Assembly: GCA_964419945.1 (NCBI GenBank)
Contig: CAYQRU010000004.1
Location: 2,299 to 66,298, forward strand
Length of the DNA: 64,000 nucleotides
Origin: an uncultured Bacteroidales bacterium
GTDB taxonomy: Bacteria > Bacteroidota > Bacteroidia > Bacteroidales > JAAYJT01
Direction of reading: 5' to 3'
Under the pieces are notes generated by a model. The model had not been told where the DNA came from. It worked only from the letters and a program-made list of their open reading frames with translations, and did not search any database. The position numbers and the translations under genes were made by a program. Below are positions 60,870 through 64,000 of the stretch, one piece after another (positions within the stretch are counted from its first letter, which is position 1; each line of letters begins with the position of its first letter).

Positions 60870-61107
60870 CTTCAGGATGTTACAGGAGGAAATTCAGGAA
60901 TCATTTGATGAATGCCATTCATCATCTCATTTTGTTTGCCTGTCATATACCAATCAATAAACCACTATCCGGAGAGTTTCTGATCAAAAACAAGCTAATT
61001 TCCCGGTTCGATATAGATTCAGGAAACTTTTTTTAATCAATTTGCCAACACTAACCATCAACCATTTCCCGTTTTGATGGAATATAAAATAGGAGATAGA
61101 GAATCTG

Positions 61108-63171
61108 ATGCTTTTTTCCAATCCGTTCATGCTTTGGGGGCTGCTTGCCATATCGGTTCCCATCATCATACACCTGTTCAACCTTCAGCGATATAAAAAG
61201 GTCTATTTCACCAATGTGCGCTTTCTGCAGCAGTTGCAGCAGCAATCACGGCGACAATCGGTACTGAGGCACTGGCTGGCATTGTTGTTTCGCATATTTG
61301 CCATCATTTTCCTCGTGCTTGCTTTTGCCAAACCTTTTATTTCTTCTACACAAGGCACCAGTTCAGAAGCTGAAGGTGTTGCCAGCATATATATTGACAA
61401 CTCATTCAGTATGGAAACCGAGGGTCGTAATGGTATGTTGGTTGATGAAGCTGTAAGCAAAGCAAGGGACATTGCTGCACATCATTCCCGCTCTGATAAA
61501 TTCAACCTGCTTACCAGTGATTTCCTTGGGATTCACCAACGTCTGTATGCCAGCGATGAACTTGGTACCTTTCTCAATGAGATTGAAACAGGCCCTTCAA
61601 TAAAAACCCTGCCCGACATTTTGTCAAGGCAATATGATATATTGAATCGGGAACATATACCAGACAAGACTGTTTACCTGATCTCTGATTTTCAGCGCAA
61701 CGGTTCGGAATTTGATGGATTTTTACCCGACACCAACATTCGTCATTTCATGGTACGCCTTGAACCCTTGCGTTTTTCAAATCTTAGCATAGACTCCTGC
61801 TGGTTCGATTTACCCGCCCAACAACCAGGACAGGTAGCCCAGCTATATGTGAAAGTGACGAACTACAGCGACAGCCCCAGGGAAAAAATTCCCGTAAAAC
61901 TGATCATTAATGGTTCTCAGCGTGCGTTGACCTCTTTCGACATAGAAGCCGGCCTCAGCGTTACTTCAGTAATGCCCTTTACAATTCGTGAAACGGGTAC
62001 TCATCAGGGCTTTATCGAATTGAGCGACTATCCGATCACTTTTGACGACCGGCTATATTTTTCATTCAATGTTTTATCGCAGATCAATGTGCTTCATATT
62101 TTCGATCAGGATTCCGGGCCATATCTGCGTGCCCTGTTTGGTTCTGATACTTTGTTCAAATTTTTGGAAATCAATTCGAAAAAGTTAAATTATGCCGACC
62201 TGCAACATCAGGAACTAATTATTCTGAATGGCCTGACGGGTATTTCCAGTGGGCTGGCCAACGAGCTTAACCGTTTTGTTGAAAATGGTGGAAGCCTTTT
62301 CATAATTCCGGCAGAAAAGATGGAAAAGGAATCATACTCAATGTGGTTGCAATCGTTAAACACCGTGATGTTTTCCGAAACAGATACCACAAGGCTACGT
62401 GTGTCAGACCTTAATCTGTTGCATCCATTGTTTAAAGATGTTTTTGAAGCTCAGTCTGGGGGCCGGCCACCTATTACAACACAAACGGATTTGCCCTTCG
62501 TGAGCCAGCATTTCAGAATGATTTTTCCTCCCCGTAAAGATATCCAAACCCTGATCAGCCTTAAAAATTCTGCTCCCTTTCTGATTGCTGACCGCTATGG
62601 AGAAGGTATTGTTTATGTGAGCGCTTCTCCGCTTGAATTGCAGTCTACCACTTTCCCGGTGCATGCGATTTTTGTCCCTGTGCTTTACAGAATGGCTTTG
62701 CTGAGCACACCACGTCAACACCTTTACAACCTTGTCGGAACCCAGGAATCAGTGAATATCGGGAATATCAATCCAGGCAGCAGCCAGGTATTCAGACTGT
62801 CTGATGCCGACGGACAATTTTCATTCATCCCGGGACATCGTATCGTGAATTACAGCACTCATTTATTCGCACTGGACGTTCTGAAAAAAGCTGGCAATTA
62901 TTATCTGACTGCCGGTGCGGACACATTGCTTGTGCTGGCATTCAATTACGACCGACGCGAGTCTGTACCGGATTATTTAAGCGAAGATGACCTGTATGCA
63001 ATGGCTGAGAATGCCGGAATCACTAATTTTGCCGTCATCAGCGAAAGCGAAAGGCCCGTGGGACAGGTAATCAGTGAATTGAGCAGGGGCAGACAGTTGT
63101 GGAAATACTTCATCATTGTTGCACTGGCTTTTCTCCTGGCTGAAACAGTGGTCCTACGGTTTTTGCCCTGA
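61108..63171 (+). CDS. BatA / N-terminal double-transmembrane and vWA domain protein
   Basis: MLFSNPFMLWGLLAISVPIIIHLFN, LAFAKP, YIDNSFSM MIDAS-like motif, LISDFQ, C-terminal LWKYFIIVALAFLLAE. Confidence 0.85.
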   Translation: MLFSNPFMLWGLLAISVPIIIHLFNLQRYKKVYFTNVRFLQQLQQQSRRQSVLRHWLALLFRIFAIIFLVLAFAKPFISSTQGTSSEAEGVASIYIDNSFSMETEGRNGMLVDEAVSKARDIAAHHSRSDKFNLLTSDFLGIHQRLYASDELGTFLNEIETGPSIKTLPDILSRQYDILNREHIPDKTVYLISDFQRNGSEFDGFLPDTNIRHFMVRLEPLRFSNLSIDSCWFDLPAQQPGQVAQLYVKVTNYSDSPREKIPVKLIINGSQRALTSFDIEAGLSVTSVMPFTIRETGTHQGFIELSDYPITFDDRLYFSFNVLSQINVLHIFDQDSGPYLRALFGSDTLFKFLEINSKKLNYADLQHQELIILNGLTGISSGLANELNRFVENGGSLFIIPAEKMEKESYSMWLQSLNTVMFSETDTTRLRVSDLNLLHPLFKDVFEAQSGGRPPITTQTDLPFVSQHFRMIFPPRKDIQTLISLKNSAPFLIADRYGEGIVYVSASPLELQSTTFPVHAIFVPVLYRMALLSTPRQHLYNLVGTQESVNIGNINPGSSQVFRLSDADGQFSFIPGHRIVNYSTHLFALDVLKKAGNYYLTAGADTLLVLAFNYDRRESVPDYLSEDDLYAMAENAGITNFAVISESERPVGQVISELSRGRQLWKYFIIVALAFLLAETVVLRFLP

Positions 63172-63179
63172 TATCATTG

Positions 63180-64000
63180 ATGATGGAAGAAAATTTTGAA
63201 TTCATACCCGATGAAGTTACCAATGCTGATGAGCTATCCGGCGAACAGCATGAACTGCACCGCATCACTCCGTTGACGGGTATGTATGAGAATTGGTTTC
63301 TGGATTATGCTTCGTATGTAATCCTCGAACGAGCCGTACCTGAATTGCTGGATGGATTGAAACCTGTGCAGCGTCGCTTGCTCCATGCCATGTATGAACT
63401 AGAAGACGGACGTTACAACAAGGTGGCAAACATCATTGGCCATACCATGAAATACCACCCCCATGGCGATGCTTCGATTGGAGATGCACTGGTGCAGATG
63501 GGTCAGAAAGATCTGATGATTGACACTCAGGGTAACTGGGGCAATGTGCTTACCGGAGACAGTGCCGCCGCCCCGCGATACATCGAAGCGCGACTTTCTA
63601 AGTTTGCTCTTGAAGTCGCCTTCCATCCCAAAAATACGACGTGGAAACCTTCGTACGATGGCAGAAATCAGGAGCCAATTACCCTGCCGGTCAAATTTCC
63701 TCTGTTGCTGGCAAGCGGAGTGGAAGGAATTGCGGTAGGACTTGCTTCAAAAATCCTTCCGCACAATTTTATCGAATTGATTGAGGCCTCTGTAAAAATC
63801 CTACAGGGTAAAGATTTTGAGATATTTCCGGATTTTCCTACGGGGGGTCTTGCTGATTTCTCAAAATACAACAAAGGCCTCAGGGGCGGAAAAGTGAGGG
63901 TGAGAGCCAGAATCAGCAAAGTGGATAAAAAAACCCTTGCCATCTCGGAAATACCTTTTGGAACCACCACCGGCACATTGATTGACAGCATCATTGCCGC
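63180..64000 (+). CDS. parC: DNA topoisomerase IV subunit A (partial, runs off the window; not in the ORF track)
   Basis: Manual translation: MYENWFLDYASYVILERAVP..DGLKPVQRRLLHAM..YHPHGDASI..AAPRYIEARLS. Confidence 0.92.
   Translation, partial: MMEENFEFIPDEVTNADELSGEQHELHRITPLTGMYENWFLDYASYVILERAVPELLDGLKPVQRRLLHAMYELEDGRYNKVANIIGHTMKYHPHGDASIGDALVQMGQKDLMIDTQGNWGNVLTGDSAAAPRYIEARLSKFALEVAFHPKNTTWKPSYDGRNQEPITLPVKFPLLLASGVEGIAVGLASKILPHNFIELIEASVKILQGKDFEIFPDFPTGGLADFSKYNKGLRGGKVRVRARISKVDKKTLAISEIPFGTTTGTLIDSIIA

Noticed and set aside
1-64000. CRISPR arrays, rRNA genes, IS elements, prophage genes, cobalamin or other riboswitches
   Set aside because: None was recognised on either strand by manual reading; a covariance-model search would be needed to exclude small RNAs.

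Overview
This is a chromosomal window from an anaerobic Bacteroidota (Bacteroidales-like) genome, inferred from SusC/SusD genes, a T9SS C-terminal domain, TAnnTTTG promoters and rubrerythrin. The left third is core: partial tamB-like gene, tsaD, the rpoC-rpoB-rplL-rplJ-rplA-rplK-nusG-secE-tRNA-Trp-tuf-tRNA(Thr/Gly/Tyr/Thr) cluster, hpf-xerC-rpsU, and rnpA-yidD-ctpA-cdd. The right third holds a LacI-linked starch/maltodextrin utilisation locus (SusC, SusD, SusE, SusF-like, two GH13 enzymes, an esterase), followed by Bor, a ferritin-like gene, a BatA-domain gene and partial parC. The most interesting part is the accessory block at about 29.1-35.2 kb. A ModE-type winged-helix regulator without molybdate-binding domains is flanked by two related 25-bp operator-like sites. 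One site precedes a T9SS cargo, surface lipoprotein and TonB-dependent receptor. The other precedes an exported protein made of a DxxSGAT flavinylation-type motif plus two sulfite-oxidase/MsrP-like molybdopterin-binding folds that lack the catalytic Cys. I read this as a candidate Mo/W or molybdopterin-cofactor scavenging regulon (inference). Other leads: a signal-peptide-bearing PIMT translationally coupled to a membrane SAM-binding protein, a strong Shine-Dalgarno on hpf in the rpsU operon, a uORF in the long susC leader, and an LtaS-like gene divergent from a DAG kinase. I saw no CRISPR array, rRNA or intact mobile element. All family calls are by eye from motifs; no database searches were run.
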